Positions 1 to 9,584 of a stretch of DNA of 64,000 nucleotides are shown one piece after another. A program made the position numbers and the translations under genes. Position 1 is the stretch's first letter. Every line of letters starts with the position of its first letter. Source of the DNA: Thermoplasmatota archaeon (GTDB lineage: Archaea > Thermoplasmatota > E2 > JACPAO01 > JAHFTW01); the NCBI GenBank assembly GCA_041601615.1, contig JBFIHX010000009.1:30182-94181 (forward strand), written 5' to 3'. The notes under the pieces were generated by a model, which did no database searches, was not told where the DNA came from, and saw only the letters and a list, made by a program, of their open reading frames with translations.

Positions 1-23
1 AACCAACAGGGGCCGTTAGAACC

Positions 24-713
24 GTGGACGAGGCAAACCGCCGCGTCACTCTGCTTGCCGCCGTTCTCACCGGACAGGCCGCCATCAGCCTCGGCGCCCT
101 CCTGGTGGGGCTCCTGGGTGGCCTAGATGCCCTGCTGTTTCTGGCTCCCGTCGACTGGGGACTTGGATTCTTGGTCAACCGCAACGGTGCGCTCGGCATC
201 GCCGCATTGCTGTATTTGCTCGGCACCGCCACCTTCGCCACCGCCGCCGGGAAGCTTCGCAACGGAGACCCGGGCGCTCGACGCTGGATATTCTTAGCCG
301 CCGTCGCCGGCTTCACGCAAATGCCCACGGGCGTCGTTTGTGCGGCGTACGGACTGTGGATCGTCAAATGCGAAGACTTCGCCGAACACCTCCAAATTGC
401 CCCCGTGTTGTCCGGGCGCGGCCTCCAGCGTCTCGTGGTTGCATGGCTCCTGGCCAGCAGCATCGCCGTCATTGCTGGAGCCGCCAGCGTCGCGCTCCTG
501 TTTGGCCCCACCGTGCCCTTTGGCCTCCTGGGAATGCTCGCAGCCACAATGCCTCAAGCGGGATTGCTGCGCATCCTACACAAGCGCATCCAGGACGACG
601 GACAGTTGCTGCCCGCCCTGCCGCCGCTGCCGCCTTCGCCCATGCCGAGCGCCCCCGCCCCCACGATTCCAGCCCCGCCGGGAACATCGCCCGACCGGTC
701 GCAGGAGTCTTGA
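24..713 (+). CDS. Hypothetical multi-pass membrane protein with Pro-rich C-terminal tail
   Basis: 229-aa ORF (GTG start) with several hydrophobic segments; shares a P-x-G-x6-7-W helix pattern with the next ORF. Confidence 0.65.
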   Translation: MDEANRRVTLLAAVLTGQAAISLGALLVGLLGGLDALLFLAPVDWGLGFLVNRNGALGIAALLYLLGTATFATAAGKLRNGDPGARRWIFLAAVAGFTQMPTGVVCAAYGLWIVKCEDFAEHLQIAPVLSGRGLQRLVVAWLLASSIAVIAGAASVALLFGPTVPFGLLGMLAATMPQAGLLRILHKRIQDDGQLLPALPPLPPSPMPSAPAPTIPAPPGTSPDRSQES

Positions 714-735
714 GGACCCAAGCACATGATGCATC

Positions 736-1176
736 GTGGAAGGCACCTTTGAAGCGCCACCGGGCATGGTCGCACCCGACGCACCGGCGCCCCCGTTCAA
801 GGACCGCACAGGCGCCGTAAAGGTCGCCGCAGGACTCAACCTTGCATGGGGCGGACTTCTGTTGCTGGCCGCCATCATCGCCGGCATCGGAATCGGCACC
901 GCCATCGACTACTCCATCCAAGACGGCGACATGCGCTCAGCGAACGAACTCGAAACCATCCGCAGCATGGTCGTCACCATCCTCATCCTCATCGGGCTAC
1001 CCTACGTCGTCGGAGGCGCCGCCGTGCTAGCTCGTCAAAACTGGGGCCGCGTGCTTTTGTTCACCGTTAGTGGCCTCGGAACGCTCCTGATTCCGTTCGG
1101 AACCATCATCGCCATCCAGAGCTTCTGGGCACTTACCCGCCCCGGTGCCGAGCCGTGGTTCGGAGGCCGCCCATGA
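736..1176 (+). CDS. Hypothetical membrane protein (about 4 TM)
   Basis: 146-aa hydrophobic ORF; its stop overlaps the next start (ATGA at 1173-1176). Confidence 0.7.
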   Translation: MEGTFEAPPGMVAPDAPAPPFKDRTGAVKVAAGLNLAWGGLLLLAAIIAGIGIGTAIDYSIQDGDMRSANELETIRSMVVTILILIGLPYVVGGAAVLARQNWGRVLLFTVSGLGTLLIPFGTIIAIQSFWALTRPGAEPWFGGRP

Positions 1177-1694
1177 AATCCCTCGCCGCACAAATGTCCG
1201 TCTACGCCGCCTACCACCGCAACCCGACGAACCGAGCCATCCACTACCTCTTCGTCCCCGCCATCGTCTGGACCCTCATGCTCGCACTCGACCACCTCGA
1301 CATGGGCACCGTCGCAGGCGTCCCCCTCACCGCCGCCATGCTCGTCACGGGAGCCCTCCTGGTCTGGTACCTGTTGCTCGACTTTCTTCTCGGACTCGCC
1401 GCGACCGCCTTCTTCACCCTCCTACTGGTCGCCGCCATCACCGTCAACGAAGCCCTAGGGCTCGCAAACAGCCTCTGGCTCGCCGGCGGCCTCTTCGTGG
1501 CAAGCTGGATCTTCCAATTCATCGGCCATGGCGTCTGGGAAAAACGACGCCCCGCACTCATGGACAACCTGTTTCAGGTCTTGGTCGCGCCGATGTTTCT
1601 GGTGGCCGAAACCGCCTTCGCACTCGGATTCAAAAAAGAAATCCAAGCAGAAGTGCAGGCACTGATGGTCGAGCACCTGCCCAAAAACAACTAG
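1173..1694 (+). CDS. DUF962/Mpo1-like membrane protein (2-hydroxy fatty acid dioxygenase family)
   Basis: Motifs YAAYHRNPTNRAIH and QFIGHGVWEKRRPALMDNL are typical of DUF962. Confidence 0.85.
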   Translation: MKSLAAQMSVYAAYHRNPTNRAIHYLFVPAIVWTLMLALDHLDMGTVAGVPLTAAMLVTGALLVWYLLLDFLLGLAATAFFTLLLVAAITVNEALGLANSLWLAGGLFVASWIFQFIGHGVWEKRRPALMDNLFQVLVAPMFLVAETAFALGFKKEIQAEVQALMVEHLPKNN

Positions 1695-2320
1695 CTACCC
1701 CGGGAATGAACCCCAGAATTCCACGGCACCCGCAGATGCCAAAATCAGTACCTCCTCAGCGTTGAGCTTTCGGTCATTCGGGGATATCAAACCCTCTCCC
1801 TGGGATAACGTCATCACAGGAGGTTACTGCGGCATAATAGAGCCGGGTCTTCTGTTGATGAGTATGATAGCGAGCCGTTAAAGGCTTCCCATAATGAGAA
1901 AATGGGCGCCTGGGCTGAGGATACTGGGGGAGGCCGCCCTGAAATCGGGGGTAAAAAAAATCGGTGAGCGTCGAAAATGGGGAGACGCGGGCGCCGTGAC
2001 ATTTGGTTCTGAGTTGCAAAAAAGTCGCTTTCGCTTTGCAGTCCGGAGCAGACGCTGGGCGATCTACCGGAGGCGAGGCGTTTACTTTGCTGATGTGTTG
2101 GCCTGGATCTTTGGTTCTGAATTCGGCTCTGAGCTTGCCGCAAGTGCCAAACATGGTATGCGTGCCCCGGCCGGTTCCGCCACACGATTTGCGGCAGTTG
2201 GCATCACATGAAACGGAGCCCCCGTCGGCCCGAACTGTGACCTAATTCGGCGATAGGGGCGGGTAGTGGGCCCGTGCAAGAATCAGAGGGTGGTGTGCCG
2301 TGGTTCCAAGAAGATCTTGC

Positions 2321-3394
2321 TCAACACACAATGTCTCCATACGGCCACTCCAATGCCATAATGGCAACGAGCTCTCGGCTCTTATGGGGGTTCATGGACC
2401 AATATTGTGAGGTGGCGAGGTCTAGCAGAGGCACAATCATGTCATCACTCGCTAGGGTGATTGACTGGGCTTGATACTGACCAATCATACTCGTGGCTGT
2501 TTCTGCGGGAATCGTGGTAGGAGGCACAAGGAAGGTAGCATTGGCCCAACCGGCCTCCATTTCCTTCCACAGCACCGCTTCCGTCCAGTTCCAAACGTAG
2601 AACCACTCCAGTTCAGGTAGGAGAACGCGCACGAGGCGACCGTAGGGTGTACTCACATATGCTTCGTCGCCTTCTTCGGATTGTGCGGCAGCGTTTTCGA
2701 TGGCCGCGTCCAAATATTTCCGAGCCTGAGCGTAATGGGCGTCCATGTCTACGGATTCGCAGGGGGTCTCGTCCCAGGCATAGCGTTCGATCATGCCTTG
2801 GAGCAACGCCAAGTTGGTCGACGCAGCGTGAAGATTCAGGAACGCATCCATGCCAGTCCAGGGATTTCGAGCACCCTCGCCTGTTCCATTGTAGGCACTC
2901 CAGGCGCGGGCGGCGGACGTTTTGGCGTCTTGGATCCAGGAGAATTCCTGCGCTATCCAGCCCTTGAATTCCAGGTCCACCACGGTCCCAGGAACCGTTT
3001 CATTGTAGGCCTCGAACACTGCTTGCATGCGGTTCTTTAGGTCGCCGGTGAGGTTTGCGTGCAAGGCCGTGGCATTGCCGTTGGACATTGAGTCCCTGGC
3101 GATGCGCTGCGTCTGCTCTCGGTGGGCTTCGGTGCAGATAAACAAGGTACTACGAAGCGCATCGAATGGATGGTCCTGGCCACGTTCGAATATGCCTGCA
3201 CCGCTTCCTTGCGCACACGCTTCGGCCACGGAGGCCATATCCTGGACCAGAGATTGCAAGGGAGCCAAATCATTAGGACTTTCCATGAACAAAGGGGGAG
3301 CAGGAGAAGTCTCCTCGTGCGTTTCAGGCGCTGCACATCCTGCCAATAGGAGCACGAGCAACAACGTCTTCATCGGAGTGGGTTTGAAATCCAT
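2321..3394 (-). CDS. Hypothetical lipoprotein
   Basis: MKTLLLVLLLAGC lipobox; starts 6 bp after the upstream gene's stop. Confidence 0.75.
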   Translation of the reverse strand: MDFKPTPMKTLLLVLLLAGCAAPETHEETSPAPPLFMESPNDLAPLQSLVQDMASVAEACAQGSGAGIFERGQDHPFDALRSTLFICTEAHREQTQRIARDSMSNGNATALHANLTGDLKNRMQAVFEAYNETVPGTVVDLEFKGWIAQEFSWIQDAKTSAARAWSAYNGTGEGARNPWTGMDAFLNLHAASTNLALLQGMIERYAWDETPCESVDMDAHYAQARKYLDAAIENAAAQSEEGDEAYVSTPYGRLVRVLLPELEWFYVWNWTEAVLWKEMEAGWANATFLVPPTTIPAETATSMIGQYQAQSITLASDDMIVPLLDLATSQYWSMNPHKSRELVAIMALEWPYGDIVC

Positions 3395-3400
3395 GGTCCC

Positions 3401-5395
3401 TCAGGCGATGTATGCCGCTCGTTCCAATTGGAAGGCGATGGGGGTGTACTTGAATTCCGCGCCAGGCTGGACGTAAGCAGTACCGCCGCCCCAGAAGCCT
3501 GCCCCCGAGGTGAGTTTGTACCCAAAGTAGCCCCGTTCCATGGCTTGGACCGGCAGAGTGCCTTCTACGACGCGCGTTTTTCCACTGGACGCGCCGCCAT
3601 CCCATCCGCCGTTAAGGCGGAATCCCTTGGCACCACCCTCGTTCATTTTGTACCAGTGGGGCGGGCACATGCCATCCTCCAATTGGTCGAGGTATTTCTC
3701 GCTGAGGTAGTTCACGGCTTTCCACATTTTCTTGAGTTTCTGTGCGTTTTTGTGGATCTCGTCGCTCTGCAAGCGCATAATATCCCACCACAAGGGGCAG
3801 GTGCCAGCGGGGTCCGTGTCGCGCTCGTCAATGTACACGTTGGAGACGTCCGAGATACGGATTGAACCGCTTCCTGGAGCCGCCGAGATCTGCCCGAACG
3901 GGACCATGCTCATTACATGGTACGATCCGTGGTTGCAATAGGCATCCACCGATCGGATGCCGTAATTGTGGCACTCGCTGCCCTTGTAATGCGAACCCAT
4001 TCCGAGCGTGTAATCCGATCCTCGGCGGGGGCGTTCGGGGGCAGTCCAGTACCCCGCGAATCCAACATTGCCGCCCCCGTATGTCTCCATGTCACAGGTG
4101 TTGAAATATGTGAAATCGAACGTGAATACGCCGCCGCCAAGGATCACGGTGTCGTAGCTTTCCGCAGAGCCTTTAGAATATGGATCAGCCATGTAGTCGT
4201 TTTGTACATTCTTCACCTGCATTTTCGTGTAGCAGGAGTTGCTGGACTGCATGGTGACTTTCGGTGCCCATGCCATGGGGTCGTTGAGCCCCATGCCCGA
4301 TCGGGAACAAACGTAGGGATAGTTGCACAGGTCCGGCCCACCCCCGCAGACATAGGGGTAGTCACATAGGTCGGGCCCACCACCGCAAACCAGGGGATAA
4401 TTGCAAGGATCAATGTTCCCGACTGCCTCCACAACGGCGTCCACATATGGTTGCACATTGGGTCCGCCGCCACAGACGTACGGATAGTCACAGGGGTCGA
4501 TATTGCCTACCGCTTCCAGCACGGCATCAATGTAGGACTGCACATTGGGACCGCCACCGCAGACATACGGGTAGTCACAGGGTTCGACGTTTCCAACCGC
4601 TTCGAGGATCGCATCGATGTAGTCTTGCGGGTCTGGCCCGCCGCCACAGACGTAGGGATAGTCGCAGGGGTCTAGGTTTCCGACGGCCTCCAGGATTGCA
4701 TCGACGTATTCTTGCGGGCCGGGAGCGCCGCCGCACACGTAGGGGTAGTCGCAGGGGTCTGGGAGGCCCGTGCAGACGTAGGGGTAATCACACGAATTGA
4801 GGATGCAGGCCTCATCACCTTCTTCTGTGCACGCGACGACCTCTGCTGTCGCGCCCGCCTTGTAGATGGGGTTAAAGACGTACACTTCGCCGTCGAGTTG
4901 GAGGATGTAGTCGCCCGCGCTCACGGGGACTACCTCAAAGCTGACTGTGCCAGAGGCAAGGCCGCTCGTGGTCTCCAGTTTTGCAGTGGCTGAAAACTCG
5001 ACGGTGCCAAAAGGAGACACAATCTCCAGCGAGACAATCGAGCCTTGAACGAGAGTCGTGTCCCGTGTAAACTGGACCCAAAGATCCGTGCTTTCCGCCG
5101 ACACGGGGACGGGGTTCACGACCGCAGGCACTCGACCCGCTTCAAGGATTACGATGGCCGGACGATACGTGAACGCGGCCACATCTGCTGGAACGAACCG
5201 TGCTCCGAAAAGAGCCTCAGTTCCTGGCACATTTATGATCGGAATTTCATTAGGCAAAGTCGGGGGAGGGGGCAGGACGCCTTCTAGAACACCTACATCG
5301 ACCTGTACTTTCACGGGCGCCTCATCAGCAGATGTTAGCGGGAGCATGCTGAAGATGACAACAGCAATGAACAACAGTTGTGGTTTTGATCTCAT
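3401..5395 (-). CDS. Large secreted protein with central Cys-rich tandem repeats
   Basis: Signal peptide ending TSA; 8 copies of C[DN]YP[YL]VC; 664 aa. Confidence 0.8.
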   Translation of the reverse strand: MRSKPQLLFIAVVIFSMLPLTSADEAPVKVQVDVGVLEGVLPPPPTLPNEIPIINVPGTEALFGARFVPADVAAFTYRPAIVILEAGRVPAVVNPVPVSAESTDLWVQFTRDTTLVQGSIVSLEIVSPFGTVEFSATAKLETTSGLASGTVSFEVVPVSAGDYILQLDGEVYVFNPIYKAGATAEVVACTEEGDEACILNSCDYPYVCTGLPDPCDYPYVCGGAPGPQEYVDAILEAVGNLDPCDYPYVCGGGPDPQDYIDAILEAVGNVEPCDYPYVCGGGPNVQSYIDAVLEAVGNIDPCDYPYVCGGGPNVQPYVDAVVEAVGNIDPCNYPLVCGGGPDLCDYPYVCGGGPDLCNYPYVCSRSGMGLNDPMAWAPKVTMQSSNSCYTKMQVKNVQNDYMADPYSKGSAESYDTVILGGGVFTFDFTYFNTCDMETYGGGNVGFAGYWTAPERPRRGSDYTLGMGSHYKGSECHNYGIRSVDAYCNHGSYHVMSMVPFGQISAAPGSGSIRISDVSNVYIDERDTDPAGTCPLWWDIMRLQSDEIHKNAQKLKKMWKAVNYLSEKYLDQLEDGMCPPHWYKMNEGGAKGFRLNGGWDGGASSGKTRVVEGTLPVQAMERGYFGYKLTSGAGFWGGGTAYVQPGAEFKYTPIAFQLERAAYIA
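4307..4792 (-). repeat. Intragenic coding tandem repeat (87-bp and 36-bp units)
   Basis: Four 29-aa units of the form PCDYPYVCGGGPxxQxYxDAxxEAVGNxx plus flanking 12-aa units. Confidence 0.9.
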
Positions 5396-5475
5396 ATTTT
5401 TCCTCTTGGGCAGTTGCCCGATCCTTCTGAATGTGAAGAAGGGGGTAAAAGTTTGCTTGAAGGACCAATATATCT

Positions 5476-5530
5476 AGCTAGTTTGGATAATAAAAAAATA
5501 CTATAATAATTATATATATTCAATGCAAAT
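5476..5530. promoter_or_regulatory. Very AT-rich intergenic tract (likely terminator of the upstream operon and TATA promoter of 3401..5395)
   Basis: taataaaaaaatactataataattatatatatt within GC-rich DNA. Confidence 0.5.
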
Positions 5531-5565
5531 CAAAGACTAAGGCGGTGAAGGGGCCGGGCTTGCGC

Positions 5566-5844
5566 CTAGTAGCCGAGGTTTGCTAGAAACTGGTCGATTA
5601 CCGAGTCGAAATGCACAATGACAAAGCCGGTTCCGATGATATCATCAACCCCCGTCACGCACTCGGGCAGTAGTGGGTCGGCCCACTCTGCATGATAGTG
5701 GGGCTTGAGCGTATCATCGCAATTTCCGCAGTTTTGGCCGGACGTGTAGATGCACGGATGTGCGGATGCACTCGGGACGACCGTAGCAGCAAGCATGGCG
5801 CCCATCAGCAACATCAGAACGATTCCTGTCGTTTTTGTATTCAT
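5566..5844 (-). CDS. Small secreted Cys/His-rich peptide
   Basis: Signal peptide ending ASA, then HPC-x7-CGNC-x6-HYH-x10-CV. Confidence 0.75.
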   Translation of the reverse strand: MNTKTTGIVLMLLMGAMLAATVVPSASAHPCIYTSGQNCGNCDDTLKPHYHAEWADPLLPECVTGVDDIIGTGFVIVHFDSVIDQFLANLGY

Positions 5845-5877
5845 TATTTCACTTCCTCGCGACCTACTGGGTCGCAA

Positions 5878-6162
5878 TTATGCTAAGGTGATGAAACTCA
5901 TAAAGAGCATAGCTAAGTTGGCATGTTTTAGCCAGAATTTGGCTTCAATAAGGTTGTTCACATCGCCGACAGGATCAAAGCTGACGCAGCGGAAGTTCAA
6001 GTTGTGGTCGAAATGGGCGTGTGACCCGGTGTCGTCAAGGCAAGGGCCACAAGACGCATCGGTTGGTACGCAGCCATGCGCCGCAGTATTAGGAACCAGA
6101 GCGACGAGGGCGTTCGTGCATAGCACCGCGAGTAAACATAGGGTTCGTGTCTTCATGTTCAT
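5878..6162 (-). CDS. Small secreted Cys/His-rich peptide, paralog of 5566..5844
   Basis: Signal peptide ending TAA, then HGC-x6-CGPC-x6-HAH-x8-CV; ATGA overlap with the upstream gene. Confidence 0.7.
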   Translation of the reverse strand: MNMKTRTLCLLAVLCTNALVALVPNTAAHGCVPTDASCGPCLDDTGSHAHFDHNLNFRCVSFDPVGDVNNLIEAKFWLKHANLAMLFMSFITLA

Positions 6163-8132
6163 GTCTCCAATTTTCTTCGGATGGCCACCAGGGCAGCAAT
6201 CAGGGCGAAGGCCATGACGCCCCCGCTCATCGGTGAGTCTTTGTCCACTTCGCCCAGCAAACGACTCGCTTCTTCGGACGAACCTTCGCCGCTTGGATCG
6301 ACCTCGACGAGAAGCCGCGCCGCACCGACGTAGTCGGCTCCGGTGGCAGTCACCACGAGGTCAGCGATGTCGCCCGTGGGCGCATCTGCGGGAACGGTGA
6401 GCAGAATCTGGAAGGATGCCGAGGTGTCTTCTGCAAGCGCAAGGTAGTCCGGCTCGATTCGCCGTACCCAATCCTCGTGCAGGCCCGCAATCTGCACCTC
6501 GACGGCACCCACGGATCCAAGCGATTCCACGGACCCCTTCACGACGATGCTCGCACCAGGGCGGACGACTCGGTTACCGTTCTCCAACCGCAGGTTCAAG
6601 GCGCTGTCGCCGGCAGTGACCAACGGATCACGATATTCTGCAAGCGGCAGCTCCAGTCGGCCTCCGGGAAGTAGCAAGGGCGCCTCTCGGGCCGTCACGA
6701 GGGTCGGGTACAGGCTCGTGGCATTCAGGTGCAAGACCAACTCCGTGCTTTCGCTGGGCGCGACCACACCCACCTGGGGTGAACCCACTAGCTCGAAAGA
6801 CCGGGCCTGGCCGGCGTCGAATTCCACAGAACCACTCGGATCGAACCTGATCACCTCGGTGCGATCGGCGCCGGCAACGACTCGCAGGCTCGCTTCCACC
6901 ACGAACGCACGCTGGGGCACCTCGCTTTGCAGGTCGAAAATGAGCCTAGCACCCCCGTCGGCAAACAGAAGCCCCGTAGAGAGCCGAGGATCAAGTCGGA
7001 TGTCCCATTCATAGGACTCGATGGGGCGAGAGTTTGTCGCGGCCCGCACCGCAACGAGGTCGTCCGCCGGGTCCTTTACGAGGGTGTTCATGTATGCCAC
7101 GCGCGGCTCCCCGAGCACATCGTCCACCACCGGAGTACCACTCTGGGCACGCGCGTGCAAGTAGAGCGTGTCGTGGTGTCCTGCAAGCTGCGGAATCTCG
7201 TGGTAATAGACGCTGAAAACAACCTGCCCCTTCCCCACTGTGTCCAGGGCGTCCATGGTTAACAGCAATTCGTCACGGGCTCCGTGGCTGTGTGCAAACG
7301 GCACGCGAACAACGAGAATCCGCTCAATTGACGCGCCCCCATCTAGGGTCAGAACAGGCTCTGCCACACTTACATCCCATGCATCCGGAGCCCCCGACCA
7401 GGACAACCTGAACCGCTGCCGGGTAGTGTCGAGGTTTGAGGCGACGAACGGGAACGCGTAGGTGGCGGCATCTCCGTTGCTTGCTACGGCGGCCCGCGAG
7501 GAACCGAGTCGTGCGATACCCGTCTGCTCAAGGCCCAACCGGAACACGTAGGGTTCGTCGGACGTGCCCACGTCGCGGATTTCCGTCAGTTCGCCACGAT
7601 TGCGCACCTCTGTTCCTGCCACCTTAACCTGCAAGCCCGTGAGTCGGTCACCTACCCCAGGCGGCGAACCAAACCCATCAACCAGAAAGGCCCTCGGCAT
7701 TCCCACCGACCATTGGCTGGTGTCCTGCCGCACCTCTAGGCTTGCCAGCCCCACGAGGCGCTCGACGCCTTCGCTTGACATCCGCAAAACATCGGCTTCG
7801 GTGGCGGAACGCTCGGCATGAACGTGGTAGGCTTGCAGGCCTCGTTCAAACCATAACTCCAAGCGCAGTGCAGAGTGAACATCCGTGGACTCACGGCCCC
7901 GGTGCAAGGTGGTGTTCAACCAAAGGAGCTCCAGGGTCTCTGACGCTGTGACTGTAGCCAGATCGATGTTGTGTGGACTACCAGGAGGCAGCGGGACCTC
8001 GCCGTCAGGGCCCGAAAAGAGAGTGGAATCGCCCGCCGGGTCCACCAGGATCGTACTTTCGGTCGCACCAACCGTCTGCACAAAAGCCAGGAGTGTCATA
8101 AGGCAGAAGGCACGAAATCGTTCACGAGACAT
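6159..8132 (-). CDS. Large secreted beta-rich surface protein with PGF-CTERM-like C-terminal anchor
   Basis: Signal peptide; Ig-like beta-strand segments; C-terminus KDSP-hydrophobic helix-RRK. Confidence 0.75.
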   Translation of the reverse strand: MSRERFRAFCLMTLLAFVQTVGATESTILVDPAGDSTLFSGPDGEVPLPPGSPHNIDLATVTASETLELLWLNTTLHRGRESTDVHSALRLELWFERGLQAYHVHAERSATEADVLRMSSEGVERLVGLASLEVRQDTSQWSVGMPRAFLVDGFGSPPGVGDRLTGLQVKVAGTEVRNRGELTEIRDVGTSDEPYVFRLGLEQTGIARLGSSRAAVASNGDAATYAFPFVASNLDTTRQRFRLSWSGAPDAWDVSVAEPVLTLDGGASIERILVVRVPFAHSHGARDELLLTMDALDTVGKGQVVFSVYYHEIPQLAGHHDTLYLHARAQSGTPVVDDVLGEPRVAYMNTLVKDPADDLVAVRAATNSRPIESYEWDIRLDPRLSTGLLFADGGARLIFDLQSEVPQRAFVVEASLRVVAGADRTEVIRFDPSGSVEFDAGQARSFELVGSPQVGVVAPSESTELVLHLNATSLYPTLVTAREAPLLLPGGRLELPLAEYRDPLVTAGDSALNLRLENGNRVVRPGASIVVKGSVESLGSVGAVEVQIAGLHEDWVRRIEPDYLALAEDTSASFQILLTVPADAPTGDIADLVVTATGADYVGAARLLVEVDPSGEGSSEEASRLLGEVDKDSPMSGGVMAFALIAALVAIRRKLET

Positions 8133-8628
8133 GATTCCTCGGACCAGCAAGCGAATATATAGCAGGTTTTTGAGGTGCCTCTGATTCCAGGCCCTGCGAC
8201 CTAGGGGGGATAGCCGGTGACAGGGAATAATTCGGCCGGTGGACGCCTCGCTGAGTCAAAAGTCCAGCCTCGACAAGATCACCAAGGAACCTGCGCAGGT
8301 ACTTCTCCCCCAATCCCGTGCGCTTTGCAAGGGTCGCTGGACTGCACCAATCAACTTCGGAGAGAGCTTCAATGACGGCTCGGAAACCCGGCTCTGCCAT
8401 CGCGGCGTACCGTTGCCACGCGCTTCGATCCAGACTGCTTGGCAACAGGACCAATCGACGCCCCGTCTGCACCGCGTGCATCCGCCGTCGAACACAGAGA
8501 CGGCCCACGTGATGGCTGACGGCACCCCAAGAAAGCCCGGTGCGCCGGCACAATTCGCTCTTGTGAATTCCAGGGTGCTCGTGGATTATTTGGAGCACGC
8601 GCTCAGAGGTGGGCACTGGGTCTGTCAT
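8122..8628 (-). CDS. Tandem winged-helix transcriptional regulator
   Basis: VLQIIHEHPGIHKSELCRRTGLSWGAVSHHV plus a second wHTH (LAKRTGLGEKYLRRFLGDLVEAGLL). Confidence 0.8.
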   Translation of the reverse strand: MTDPVPTSERVLQIIHEHPGIHKSELCRRTGLSWGAVSHHVGRLCVRRRMHAVQTGRRLVLLPSSLDRSAWQRYAAMAEPGFRAVIEALSEVDWCSPATLAKRTGLGEKYLRRFLGDLVEAGLLTQRGVHRPNYSLSPAIPPRSQGLESEAPQKPAIYSLAGPRNHVS

Positions 8629-8951
8629 GCGGCAGCCCCCACTCTGCTTGCATCTCCTGGGCAGTGCCATTCTGCTGTGGAATCGGGTTGGCGGCTCGGC
8701 GAAGATGCAGGAAGGAGGCGTGCGGTGAAGGGCTCCGGAGATTGAAGGTCAAGTCCACCATCGAGAGAATCAAGGACAAGGTGGCCGCCAAGGGACTCGG
8801 GTAGGTAGATGCGGATAGCACCCTGTTCGTCTCGCCAAGCTTCCAGGACGCCGGAATCGAGGCAGGCGAAGATGAACGTCGGGTCTCGATCCGCACCATC
8901 AAGGCACAGGTCCGACCATAATCCGCCGACCGCAAACAGTTCCCCCTCCAT
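8625..8951 (-). CDS. Hypothetical protein
   Basis: 108-aa ORF whose stop overlaps the regulator start (ATGA). Confidence 0.45.
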   Translation of the reverse strand: MEGELFAVGGLWSDLCLDGADRDPTFIFACLDSGVLEAWRDEQGAIRIYLPESLGGHLVLDSLDGGLDLQSPEPFTARLLPASSPSRQPDSTAEWHCPGDASRVGAAA

Positions 8952-9188
8952 GCGTGGGGGGTGGCAGGGCAAATAGAGTCCCTGCTTTGGGGACAAGGAT
9001 TCTCGTTTGGTCCCGGCGCCGGTCGCGGCGGTGTCAGAAGCCATGAGGCCAGACAAACCACACGAATCGCCATGATTTGTGGAACAAACTCCGGCACCCT
9101 TCCAACAGTGATATTGGGCCGAAGGTGCCGGCGTTTGTTCCACAAACATTAGAACCACTGGCCGGTTGCCTTGGCTGTAGTGATAACT

Positions 9189-9572
9189 GTGAAATACGCG
9201 TCTCTGTTTGCTTCGCTTATCCTGACAACCTTGATTCTGGCACCTGCTGCCCACTCGGAGCCTGTCCCAATCCCAATTCATGTTGGATTAAATATTCTTG
9301 ATGAGGCCGGTGTAGTCAATCAAGTAGTTCAGTATTTATTGGATAAAGACCTTCCGATTGAACCTTCCCTCTGCCTAACATTTAAAGCCGCATCAATAGT
9401 AGACATTACGAAAATTAAACCTGCGATTCCAATTATTGATGGTTTGAATATTGTAATAAATTTTAAATTTTTTGGTGTTGGTTATGAAACACCCGGGAAT
9501 CCCACTACTGGAATTTGGAATGTGTACTACGAAACTTTTGGGTCGGCCTCAGAATGTCCTATTATGCCATAA
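9189..9572 (+). CDS. Small secreted protein (AT-rich 3' half)
   Basis: GTG start; signal peptide KYASLFASLILTTLILAPAAHS; two Cys. Confidence 0.65.
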   Translation: MKYASLFASLILTTLILAPAAHSEPVPIPIHVGLNILDEAGVVNQVVQYLLDKDLPIEPSLCLTFKAASIVDITKIKPAIPIIDGLNIVINFKFFGVGYETPGNPTTGIWNVYYETFGSASECPIMP

Positions 9573-9584
9573 TTGGGGACGTCC

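Noticed and set aside
4307-4792. CRISPR-like or DGR repeat
   Set aside because: In-frame coding repeat with synonymous variation; no adenine-specific pattern and no reverse transcriptase.
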